64,000 nt of DNA from Eledone cirrhosa (Eukaryota): positions 992,001-1,056,000 of the forward strand of contig CAXHJY010001472.1 in the NCBI GenBank assembly GCA_964016885.1. Reading direction: 5' to 3'. How positions within the stretch are numbered: position 1 is the first letter of the stretch; every line of letters starts with the position of its first letter. Below are positions 1-12,800 of this stretch, in pieces. The notes under the pieces are model-generated. The model did not search any database. It saw nothing but the letters and a program-made list of their open reading frames with translations, and had not been told where the DNA came from. Both the position numbers and the translations under genes were made by a program.

Positions 1-36
1 TTTTTTACAAATTATCTCCCCCTGATTTTTTTAAAA

Positions 37-3000
37 ATGATCTCCCCTTGGACGGCTGGAAATGATCTCCCCTTGGCTGGTTGGAAATTATCTCCCCTTG
101 GACCGCTAGAAATTATCTCTCCTTGGACGGCTGGAAATTATCTCCCTTTGATTTTTTTACAAATTATCTCGTCCTGATTTTTTTTACAAATCTCCCAGTG
201 ATTTTTAAAAAAAAATTATCTCCCCTTCGCTGGCTGGAAATTATCTCACCTTGGACGCTGGAAATTATAGCCCCTTGGAGGGCTGGAAATTATCTTCACT
301 TGGACGGCTGGAAATTATCTCCCCTTGATTTTTTTTACAAATTATCTCCCCCTGATTTTTTTTTACAAATTATCTCCCCCGGATTTTTTTTTATAAATTA
401 TCTCCCCCTGATTTTTTTTAACAAATTATCTCCGCCTGATTTTTAAAAAAAAATTATCTCCCCTTAGACGGCTGGAAATTATCTCCCCTTGGACGGCTGG
501 AAATTATCTCCCCTTGGACGGCTAGAAATTGGACGGCTGAAAATTATCTCCCCTTGGACGGCTGCAAATTATCTCCCCTTGATTTTTTTTACAAATTATC
601 TCCCCCTGATTTTTTTTTACAAATTATCTCCCCCTGATTTTTTTTTACAAATTATCTCCCCCTGATTTTTTTTTACAAATTATCTACCCCTGATTTTTTT
701 TTACAAATTATCTCCCCCTGATTTTTTTTTACAAATTATCTCCCCCTGATTTTTTTTTACAAATTATCTCCCCCTGATTTTTTTTTTACAAATTATCTCC
801 CCCTGATTTTTTTACAAATTATCTCCCCCTGATTTTTTTTACAATCTCCGCCTGATTTTTTAAAAAATGATCTCCCCTTGGACGGCTGGAAATGATCTCC
901 CCTTGGCTGGTTGGAAATTATCTCCCCTTGGACCGCTAGAAATTATCTCTCCTTGGACGGCTGGAAATTATCTCCCCTTGATTTTTTTACAAATTATCTC
1001 CCCCTGATTTTTTTTACAAATCTCCCAGTGATTTTTTAAAAAAAATTATCTCCCCTTCGCTGGCTGGAAATTATCTCCCCTTGGACGCTGGAAATTATAG
1101 CCCCCTTGGAGGGCTGGAAATTATCTTCCCTTGGACGGCTGGAAATTATCTCCCCTTGATTTTTTTACAAATTATCTCCCCCTGATTTTTTTTTACAAAT
1201 TATCTCCGCCTGATTTTTAAAAAAAAATTATCTCCCCTTGGACGGCTGGAATTATCTCCCCTTGGACGGCTGGAAATTATCTCCCCTTGGACGGCTAGAA
1301 ATTACCTCTCCTTGGACGGCTGAAAATTATCTCCCCTTGGACGGCTGCAAATTATCTCCCCTTGATTTTTTTTACAAATTATCTCCCCCTGATTTTTTTT
1401 TACAAATTATCTACCCCTGATTTTTTTTACAAATTATCTCCCCCTGATTTTTTTTTACAAATTATCTCCCCCTGATTTTTTTTTACAAATTTACTCCCCC
1501 TGATTTTTTTACAAATTATCTCCCCCTGATTTTTTTTACAATCTCCGCCTGATTTTTTAAAAAATAATCTTCCCTTGGCTGGCGGGAAATTATCTCCCCT
1601 TGGACGGCTGGAAATTATCTCCTCTTGGAAGGATAGAAATTATCTCCCCTTGGACGGCTGGAAATTATCTCCCCTTGCACGGCTGGAAATTATCTCCCCT
1701 TGGACAGCTGGAAATTATCTGCCCTTGATTTTGTTTTTACAAATTATCTCCCCCTGATTTTTTTTACAAATTATCTCCACCTGATTTTTTAAAAAATTAT
1801 CTCCCCTTGGACGGCTGGAAATTATCTCCCCTTGGCTGGAAATTATCTCCCCTTGGACGGCTAGAAATTATCTCTCTTTGGACGGCTGGAAATTATCTCC
1901 CTTTGATTTTTTTTACAAATTATCTCCCTCTGATTTTTTTTACAAATCTCCCCCTGATTTTTAAAAAAAAATTATCTCCCCTTCGCTGGCTGGAAATTAT
2001 CTCCCCTTGGACACTGGAAATTATAGCCCCTTGGAGGGCTGGAAATTATCTTCCCTTGGACGGCTGGAAATTATCTCCCCTTGATTTTTTTTACAAATTA
2101 TCTCCCCCTGATATTTTTTTTACAAATTATCTCCCCCTGATTTTTTTACAAATTATCTCCCCCTGATTTTTTTTACAAATTATCTCCGCCTGATTTTTTT
2201 AAATATTATCTTCCCTTGGCTGGCGGGAAATTATCTCCCCTTGGACGGTTGGAAATTATCTCCCCTTGCACTGCTGGAAATTATCTCCCCTTGGACGGCT
2301 GGAAATTATCTCCCCTTGATTTTTTTTTACAAATTATCTGCCCCTGATTTTTTTTTACAAATTATCTCCCCCTGATTTTTTTTTACAAATTATCTCCGCC
2401 TGATTTTTAAAAAAAAATTATCTCCCCTTAGACGGCTGGAAATTATCTCCCCTTGGACGGCTGGAAATTATCTCCCCTTGGACGGCTAGAAATTGGACGG
2501 CTGAAAATTATCTCCCCTTGGACGGCTGCAAATTATCTCCCCTTGATTTTTTTTACAAATTATCTCCCCCTGATTTTTTTTTACAAATTATCTCCCCCTG
2601 ATTTTTTTTTTACAAATTATCTCCCCCTGATTTTTTTACAAATTATCTCCCCCTGATTTTTTTTACAATCTCCGCCTGATTTTTTAAAAAATTATCTTCC
2701 CTTGGCTGGCGGGAAATTATCTCCCCTTGGACGGCTGGAAATTATCTGCCCTTGGCTGGAAATTATCTCCCCTTGGACACTGGAAATTATAGCCCCTTGG
2801 AGGGCTGGAAATTATCTTCCCTTGGACGGCTGGAAATTATCTCCCCTTGATTTTTTTACAAATTATCTGCCCCTGATTTTTTTTTACAAATTATCTCCCC
2901 CTGATTTTTTTTTACAAATTATCTACCCCTGATTTTTTTTACAAATTATCTCCCCCTGATTTTTTTTTTACAAATTATCTCCCCCTGATTTTTTTAAAAA

Positions 3001-6000
3001 TGATCTCCCCTTGGACGGCTGGAAATGATCTCCCCTTGGCTGGTTGGAAATTATCTCCCCTTGGACCGCTAGAAATTATCTCTCCTTGGACGGCTGGAAA
3101 TTATTTCCCCTTGATTTTTTTTACAAATCTCCCCCTAATTTAAAAAAAAATTATCTCCCCTTCGCTGGCTGGAAATTATCTCCCTTTGGACGGCTGGAAA
3201 TTATAGCCCCTTGTAGGGCTGGAAATTATCTCCCCTTGGACGGCTGGAAATTATCTCCCCTTGGCTGGTTGGAAATTATCTCCCCTTGGACCGCTAGAAA
3301 TTATCTCTCCTTGGATGGCTGGAAATTATCTCCCCTTGATTTTTCTACAAATTATCTCCCCCTGATTTTTTTTACAAATCTCCCAGTGATTTTTAAAAAA
3401 AATTTTCTCCCCTTCGCTGGCTGGAAATTATCTCCCCTTGGACGCTGGAAATTATAGCCCCTTGGAAGGCTGGAAATTATCTTCCCTTGGACGGCTGGAA
3501 ATTATCTCCCCTTGATTTTTTTTTACAAATTATCTCCCCCTGATTTTTTTTTTTACAAATTATCTCCCCCTGATTTTTTTTAACAAATTATCTCCGCCTG
3601 ATTTTTTTAAAAAAATTATCTCCCCTTGGACGGCTGGAAATTATCTCCCCTTGGACGGCTGGAAATTATCTCCCCTTGGACGGCTAGAAATTACCTCTCC
3701 TTGGACGGCTGAAAATTATCTCCCCTTGGACGGCTGCAAATTATCTCCCCTTGATTTTTTTTACAAATTATCTCCCCTTGATTTTTTTTTACAAATTATC
3801 TCCCCCTGATTTTTTTTACAAATTATCTTCCCTTGGACGGCTGGAAATTATCTCCCCTTGGAAGGATGGAAATTATCTCCCCTTGGACGGCTGGAAATTA
3901 TCTCCCCTTGCACGGCTGGAAATTATCTCCCCTTGGACAGCTGGAAATTATCTGCCCTTGATTTTGTTTTTACAAATTATCTCCCCCTGATTTTTTTTAC
4001 AAATTATCTCCACCTGATTTTTTTAAAAATTATCTCCCCTTGGACGGCTGGAAATTATCTCCCCTTGGCTGGAAATTATCTCCCCTTGGACGGCTAGAAA
4101 TTATCTCTCTTTGGACGGCTGGAAATTATCTCCCTTTGATTTTTTTAACAAATTATCTCCCTCTGATTTTTTTTACAAATCTCCCCCTGATTTTTTTAAA
4201 AAAATTATCTCCCCTTCGCTGGCTGGAAATTATCTCCCCTTGGACACTGGAAATTATAGCCCCCTGGAGGGCTGGAAATTATCTTCCCTTGGACGGCTGG
4301 AAATTATCTCCCCTTGATTTTTTTTACAAATTATCTCCCCCTGATTTTTTTTTACAAATTATCTCCCCCTGATTTTTTTTACAAATTATCTCCCCCTGAT
4401 TTTTTTTTACAAATTATCTCCCCCTGATATTTTTTTTACAAATTATCTCCGCCTGATTTTTTAAAAAAAATTATCTCCCCTTGGACGGCTGGAAATTATC
4501 TCCCCTTGGACGGCTGGAAATTATCTCCCCTTGGACGGCTAGAAATTACCTCTCCTTGGACGGCTGAAAATTATCTCCCCTTGGACGGCTGCAAATTATC
4601 TCCCCTTGATTTTTTTTACAAATTATCTCCCCCTGATTTTTTTTTTACAAATTATCTCCCCCTGATTTTTTTTTTACAAATCTCCGCCTGATTTTTAAAA
4701 AAAATTATCTCCCCTTGGACGGCTGGAAATTATCTCCCCTTGGGCGGCTGGAAATTATCTTCCCTTGGACGGCTAGAAATTACCTCTCCTTGGACGGCTG
4801 AAAATTATCTCCCCTTGGACGGCTGGAAATTATCTCCCCTTGATTTTTTTACAAATTATCTGCCCCTGATTTTTTTTTTACAAATTATCTCCCCCTGATT
4901 TTTTTAAAAATGATCTCCCCTTGGACGGCTGGAAATGATCTCCCCTTGGCTGGTTGGAAATTATCTCCCCTTGGACCGCTAGAAATAATCTCTCCTTGGA
5001 CGGCTGGAAATTATCTCCCCTTGATTTTTTTTACAAATCTCCCCCTAATTTAAAAAAAAATTATCTCCCCTTCGCTGGCTGGAAATTATCTCCCTTTGGA
5101 CGGCTGGAAATTATAGCCCCTTGTAGGGCTGGAAATTATCTCCCCTTGGACGGCTGGAAATTATCTCCCCTTGATTTTCTTTACAAATTATCTCCCCCTG
5201 ACTTTTTAAAAAATGATCTCCCCTTGGACGGCTGGAAATGATCTCCCCTTGGCTGGTTGGAAATTTTCTCCCCTTGGACCGCTAGAAATTATCTCTCCTT
5301 GGACGGCTGGAAATTATCTCCCCTTGATTTTTTTACAAATTATCTCCCCCTGATTTTTTTTACAAATCTCCCAGTGATTTTTTAAAAAAATTATCTCCCC
5401 TTCGCTGGCTGGAAATTATCTCCCCTTGGACGCTGGAAATTATAGCCCCTTGGAGGGCTGGAAATTATCTTCCCTTGGACGGCTGGAAATTATCTCCCCT
5501 TGATTTTTTTTACAAATTATCTCCCCCTGATTTTTTTTACAAATTATCTCCCCCTGATTTTTTTTACAAATTATCTCCCCCTGATTTTTTTTAACAAATT
5601 ATCTCCCCTTGGACGGCTGGAAATTATCTCCCCTTGGACGGCTGGAAATTATCTCCCCTTGGACGGCTAGAAATTACCTCTCCTTGGACAGCTGAAAATT
5701 ATCTCCCCTTGGACGGCTGCAAATTATCTCCCCTTGATTTTTTTTACAAATTATCTCCCCTTGATTTTTTTTTACAAATTATCTCCCCCTGATTTTTTTT
5801 ACAAATTATCTCCCCCTGATTTTTTTTTACAAATTATCTCCCCCTGATTTTTTTTACAAAATATCTCCCCCTGATTTTTTTACAAATTATCTCCCCCTGA
5901 TTTTTTTTACAATCTCCGCCTGATTTTTTTAAAAATTATCTTGCCTTGGCTGGCTGGAAATTATCTCCCCTTGGACGGCTGGAAATTATCTCCCCTTGGA

Positions 6001-6892
6001 AGGATGGAAATTATCTCCCCTTGGACGGCTGGAAATTATCTCCCCTTGCACGGCTGGAAATTATCTCCCCTTGGACAGCTGGAAATTATCTGCCCTTGAT
6101 TTTGTTTTTACAAATTATGTTCCCCTGATTTTTTTTACAAATTATCTCCACCTGATTTTTTAAAAAATTATCTCCCCTTGGACGGCTGGAAATTATCTCT
6201 GTTTGGACGGCTGGAAATTATCTCCCTTTGATTTTTTTAACAAATTATCTCCCTCTGATTTTTTTTACAAATCTCCCCCTGATTTTTTTAAAAAAATTAT
6301 CTCCCCTTCGCTGGCTGGAAATTATCTCCCCTTGGACACTGGAAATTATAGCCCCCTGGAGGGCTGGAAATTATCTTCCCTTGGACGGCTGGAAATTATC
6401 TCCCCTTGATTTTTTTTACAAATTATCTCCCCCTGATTTTTTTTTTACAAATTATCTTCCCTTGGCTGGCGGGAAATTATCTCCCCTTGGACGGCTGGAA
6501 ATTATCTCCCCTTGGAAGGATGGAAATTATCTCCCCTTGGACAGCTGGAAATTATCTCCCCTTGGACGGCTGAAAATTATCTCCCCTTGATTTTTTTTTT
6601 ACAAATTATCTCCCCCTGATTTTTTTTTACAAATTATCTCCCCCTGATTTTTTTTTTACAAATTATCTCTCCCTGATTTTTTTTTACAAATATCTCCCCT
6701 TGGCTGGCTGGAAATTATCTCCCCTTGGACGGTTGGAAATTATCTCCCCTTGGACGGCTGGAAATTATCTCCCCTTGGACGGCTGGAAATTATCTCCTCT
6801 TGGACGGCTGGAAATTATCTCCCCTTGGACGGCTGGAAATTATCTGCCCTTGATTTTTTTTTACAAATTATCTCCCCCTGATTTTTTTAAAA
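37..6892. repeat. HOR copy, shortened variant (6,856 bp)
   Basis: The once-per-HOR marker cassette (CTCGTCC, CTCACC, CTTCAC, CCCGGATT) starts at 37 and again at 6893. Cassette order matches the 7,084-bp copy, with whole-monomer deletions near 2300, 3260, 6190 and 6450 and one extra B monomer near 750. Confidence 0.85.
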
Positions 6893-9800
6893 ATGATCTC
6901 CCCTTGGACGGCTGGAAATGATCTCCCCTTGGCTGGTTGGAAATTATCTCCCCTTGGACCGCTAGAAATTATCTCTCCTTGGACGGCTGGAAATTATCTC
7001 CCCTTGATTTTTTTACAAATTATCTCGTCCTGATTTTTTTTACAAATCTCCCAGTGATTTTTAAAAAAAAATTATCTCCCCTTCGCTGGCTGGAAATTAT
7101 CTCACCTTGGACGCTGGAAATTATAGCCCCTTGGAGGGCTGGAAATTATCTTCACTTGGACGGCTGGAAATTACCTCCCCTTGATTTTTTTTACAAATTA
7201 TCTCCCCCTGATTTTTTTTTACAAATTATCTCCCCCGGATTTTTTTTTATAAATTATCTCCCCCTGATTTTTTTTAACAAATTATCTCCGCCTGATTTTT
7301 AAAAAAAAATTATCTCCCCTTAGACGGCTGGAAATTATCTCCCCTTGGACGGCTGGAAATTATCTCCCCTTGGACGGCTAGAAATTGGACGGCTGAAAAT
7401 TATCTCCCCTTGGACGGCTGCAAATTATCTCCCCTTGATTTTTTTTACAAATTATCTCCCCCTGATTTTTTTTTACAAATTATCTCCCCCTGATTTTTTT
7501 TTACAAATTATCTCCCCCTGATTTTTTTTTACAAATTATCTACCCCTGATTTTTTTTTACAAATTATCTCCCCCTGATTTTTTTTTACAAATTATCTCCC
7601 CCTGATTTTTTTTTTACAAATTATCTCCCCCTGATTTTTTTACAAATTATCTCCCCCTGATTTTTTTTACAATCTCCGCCTGATTTTTTAAAAAATGATC
7701 TCCCCTTGGACGGCTGGAAATGATCTCCCCTTGGCTGGTTGGAAATTATCTCCCCTTGGACCGCTAGAAATTATCTCTCCTTGGACGGCTGGAAATTATC
7801 TCCCCTTAATTTTTTTACAAATTATCTCCCCCTGATTTTTTTTACAAATCTCCCAGTGATTTTTAAAAAAAAATTATCTCCCCTTCGCTGGCTGGAAATT
7901 ATCTCCCCTTGGACGCTGGAAATTATAGCCCCCTTGGAGGGCTGGAAATTATCTTCCCTTGGACGGCTGGAAATTATCTCCCCTTGATTTTTTTTACAAA
8001 TTATCTCCCCCTGATTTTTTTTTACAAATTATCTCCGCCTGATTTTTAAAAAAAAATTATCTCCCCTTGGACGGCTGGAATTATCTCCCCTTGGACGGCT
8101 GGAAATTATCTCCCATTGGACGGCTAGAAATTACCTCTCCTTGGACGGCTGAAAATTATCTCCCCTTGGACGGCTGCAAATTATCTCCCCTTGATTTTTT
8201 TTACAAATTATCTCCCCCTGATTTTTTTTTACAAATTATCTACCCCTGATTTTTTTTACAAATTATCTCCCCCTGATTTTTTTTTACAAATTATCTCCCC
8301 CTGATTTTTTTTTACAAATTATCTCCCCCTGATTTTTTTACAAATTATCTCCCCCTGATTTTTTTTACAATCTCCGCCTGATTTTTTAAAAAATAATCTT
8401 CCCTTGGCTGGCGGGAAATTATCTCCCCTTGGACGGCTGGAAATTATCTCCCCTTGGAAGGATAGAAATTATCTCCCCTTGGACGGCTGGAAATTATCTC
8501 CCCTTGCACGGCTGGAAATTATCTCCCCTTGGACAGCTGGAAATTATCTGCCCTTGATTTTGTTTTTACAAATTATCTCCCCCTGATTTTTTTTACAAAT
8601 TATCTCCACCTGATTTTTTAAAAAATTATCTCCCCTTGGACGGCTGGAAATTATCTCCCCTTGGCTGGAAATTATCTCCCCTTGGACGGCTAGAAATTAT
8701 CTCTCTTTGGACGGCTGGAAATTATCTCCCTTTGATTTTTTTTACAAATTATCTCCCTCTGATTTTTTTTACAAATCTCCCCCTGATTTTTAAAAAAAAA
8801 TTATCTCCCCTTCGCTGGCTGGAAATTATCTCCCCTTGGACACTGGAAATTATAGCCCCTTGGAGGGCTGGAAATTATCTTCCCTTGGACGGCTGGAAAT
8901 TATCTCCCCTTGATTTTTTTTACAAATTATCTCCCCCTGATATTTTTTTTACAAATTATCTCCCCCTGATTTTTTTACAAATTATCTCCCCCTGATTTTT
9001 TTTACAAATTATCTCCGCCTGATTTTTTTAAATATTATCTTCCCTTGGCTGGCGGGAAATTATCTCCCCTTGGACGGTTGGAAATTATCTCCCCTTGCAC
9101 TGCTGGAAATTATCTCCCCTTGGACGGCTGGAAATTAGCTCCCCTTGCACGGCTGGAAATTATCATCCCCTTGGACGGCTGAAAATTATCTCCCCTTGAT
9201 TTTTTTTACAAATTATCTGCCCCTGATTTTTTTTTACAAATTATCTCCCCCTGATTTTTTTTACAAATTATCTCCGCCTGATTTTTAAAAAAAAATTATC
9301 TCCCCTTAGACGGCTGGAAATTATCTCCCCTTGGACGGCTGGAAATTATCTCCCCTTGGACGGCTAGAAATTGGACGGCTGAAAATTATCTCCCCTTGGA
9401 CGGCTGCAAATTATCTCCCCTTGATTTTTTTTACAAATTATCTCCCCCTGATTTTTTTTTACAAATTATCTCCCCCTGATTTTTTTTTACAAATTATCTC
9501 CCCCTGATTTTTTTACAAATTATCTCCCCCTGATTTTTTTTACAAACTCCGCCTGATTTTTTAAAAAATTATCTTCCCTTGGCTGGCGGGAAATTATCTC
9601 CCCTTGGACGGCTGGAAATTATCTCCCCTTGGCTGGAAATTATCTCCCCTTGGACACTGGAAATTATGGCCCCTTGGAGGGCTGGAAATTATCTTCCCTT
9701 GAACGGCTGGAAATTATCTCCCCTTGATTTTTTTACAAATTATCTGCCCCTGATTTTTTTTTACAAATTATCTCCCCCTGATTTTTTTTTTACAAATTAT

Positions 9801-12800
9801 CTACCCCTGATTTTTTTTACAAATTATCTCCCCCTGATTTTTTTTTTACAAATTATCTCCCCCTGATTTTTTAAAAAATGATCTCCCCTTGGACGGCTGG
9901 AAATGATCTCCCCTTGGCTGGTTGGAAATTATCTCCCCTTGGACCGCTAGAAATTATCTCTCCTTGGACGGCTGGAAATTATTTCCCCTTGATTTTTTTT
10001 ACAAATCTCCCCCTAATTTAAAAAAAAATTATCTCCCCTTCGCTGGCTGGAAATTATCTCCCTTTGGACGGCTGGAAATTATAGCCCCTTGTAGGGCTGG
10101 AAATTATCTCCCCTTGGACGGCTGGAAATTATCTCCCCTTGATTTTTTTTACAAATTATCTCCCCCTGATTTTTTTAAAAATGATCTCCCCTTGGACGGC
10201 TGGAAATGATCTCCCCTTGGCTGGTTGGAAATTATCTCCCCTTGGACCGCTAGAAATTATCTCTCCTTGGATGGCTGGAAATTATCTCCCCTTGATTTTT
10301 CTACAAATTATCTCCCCCTGATTTTTTTTACAAATCTCCCAGTGATTTTTAAAAAAAATTTTCTCCCCTTCGCTGGCTGGAAATTATCTCCCCTTGGACG
10401 CTGGAAATTATAGCCCCTTGGAAGGCTGGAAATTATCTTCCCTTGGACGGCTGGAAATTATCTCCCCTTGATTTTTTTTACAAATTATCTCCCCCTGATT
10501 TTTTTTTTACAAATTATCTCCCCCTGATTTTTTTTAACAAATTATCTCCGCCTGATTTTTTTAAAAAAATTATCTCCCCTTGGACGGCTGGAAATTATCT
10601 CCCCTTGGACGGCTGGAAATTATCTCCCCTTGGACGGCTAGAAATTACCTCTCCTTGGACGGCTGAAAATTATCTCCCCTTGGACGGCTGCAAATTATCT
10701 CCCCTTGATTTTTTTTACAAATTATCTCCCCTTGATTTTTTTTTATAAATTATCTCCCCCTGATTTTTTTTACAAATTATCTTCCCTTGGACGGCTGGAA
10801 ATTATCTCCCCTTGGAAGGATGGAAATTATCTCCCCTTGGACGGCTGGAAATTATCTCCCCTTGCACGGCTGGAAATTATCTCCCCTTGGACAGCTGGAA
10901 ATTATCTGCCCTTGATTTTTTTTTACAAATTATCTCCCCCTGATTTTTTTTTACAAATTATCTCCCCCTGATTTTTTTTTTACAAATTATCTCCGCCTGA
11001 TTTTTTTTTTAAATTATCTCCCCTTGGACGGCTGGAAATTATCTCCCCTTGGACGGCTGGAAATTATCTTCCCTTGGACGGCTAGAAATTACCTCTCCTT
11101 GGACGGCTGAAAATTATCTCCCCTTGGACGGCTGGAAATTATCTCCCCTTGATTTTTTTACAAATTATCTGCCCCTGATTTTTTTTTACAAATTATCTCC
11201 CCCTGATTTTTTTTTACAAATTATCTCCCCCTGATTTTTTTTTACTAATTATCTCCCCCTGATTTTTTTTTTACAAATTATCTCCCCCTGATTTTTTAAA
11301 AAATGATCTCCCCTTGGACGGCTGGAAATGATCTCCCCTTGGCTGGTTGGAAATTATCTCCCCTTGGACCGCTAGAAATTATCTCTCCTTGGACGGCTGG
11401 AAATTATTTCCCCTTGATTTTTTTTACAAATCTCCCCCTAATTTAAAAAAAAATTATCTCCCCTTCGCTGGCTGGAAATTATCTCCCTTTGGACGGCTGG
11501 AAATTATAGCCCCTTGTAGGGCTGGAAATTATCTCCCCTTGGACGGCTGGAAATTATCTCCCCTTGATTTTTTTTACAAATTATCTCCCCCTGATTTTTT
11601 TAAAAATGATCTCCCCTTGGACGGCTGGAAATGATCTCCCCTTGGCTGGTTGGAAATTATCTCCCCTTGGACTGCTAGAAATTATCTCTCCTTGGATGGC
11701 TGGAAATTATCTCCCCTTGATTTTTTTACAAATTATCTCCCCCTGATTTTTTTACAAATCTCCCAGTGATTTTTAAAAAAAATTTTCTCCCCTTCGCTGG
11801 CTGGAAATTATCTCCCCTTGGACGCTGGAAATTATAGCCCCTTGGAAGGCTGGAAATTATCTTCCCTTGGACGGCTGGAAATTATCTCCCCTTGATTTTT
11901 TTTTACAAATTATCTCCCCCTGATTTTTTTTTTTACAAATTATCTCCCCCTGATTTTTTTTAACAAATTATCTCCGCCTGATTTTTTTAAAAAAATTATC
12001 TCCCCTTGGACGGCTGGAAATTATCTCCCCTTGGACGGCTGGAAATTATCTCCCCTTGGACGGCTAGAAATTACCTCTCCTTGGACGGCTGAAAATTATC
12101 TCCCCTTGGACGGCTGCAAATTATCTCCCCTTGATTTTTTTTACAAATTATCTCCCCTTGATTTTTTTTTACAAATTATCTCCCCCTGATTTTTTTTACA
12201 AATTATCTTCCCTTGGACGGCTGGAAATTATCTCCCCTTGGAAGGATGGAAATTATCTCCCCTTGGACGGCTGGAAATTATCTCCCCTTGCACGGCTGGA
12301 AATTATCTCCCCTTGGACAGCTGGAAATTATCTGCCCTTGATTTTGTTTTTACAAATTATCTCCCCCTGATTTTTTTTACAAATTATCTCCACCTGATTT
12401 TTTTAAAAATTATCTCCCCTTGGACGGCTGGAAATTATCTCCCCTTGGCTGGAAATTATCTCCCCTTGGACGGCTAGAAATTATCTCTCTTTGGACGGCT
12501 GGAAATTATCTCCCTTTGATTTTTTTAACAAATTATCTCCCTCTGATTTTTTTTACAAATCTCCCCCTGATTTTTTTAAAAAAATTATCTCCCCTTCGCT
12601 GGCTGGAAATTATCTCCCCTTGGACACTGGAAATTATAGCCCCCTGGAGGGCTGGAAATTATCTTCCCTTGGACGGCTGGAAATTATCTCCCCTTGATTT
12701 TTTTTACAAATTATCTCCCCCTGATTTTTTTTTACAAATTATCTCCCCCTGATTTTTTTTACAAATTATCTCCCCCTGATTTTTTTTTACAAATTATCTC

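Noticed and set aside
570-860. Rho-independent terminators, Pol III terminators or retroposon poly(A) tails at T tracts
   Set aside because: There is no GC stem-loop before the T runs, no Pol III A/B box gene body and no target-site duplications. The tracts are intrinsic to monomer B.
570-860. Phased A-tract intrinsic curvature
   Set aside because: The T-tract period of ~27-28 bp is about 2.6 helical turns, out of phase with 10.5 bp, so bends would not add coherently.
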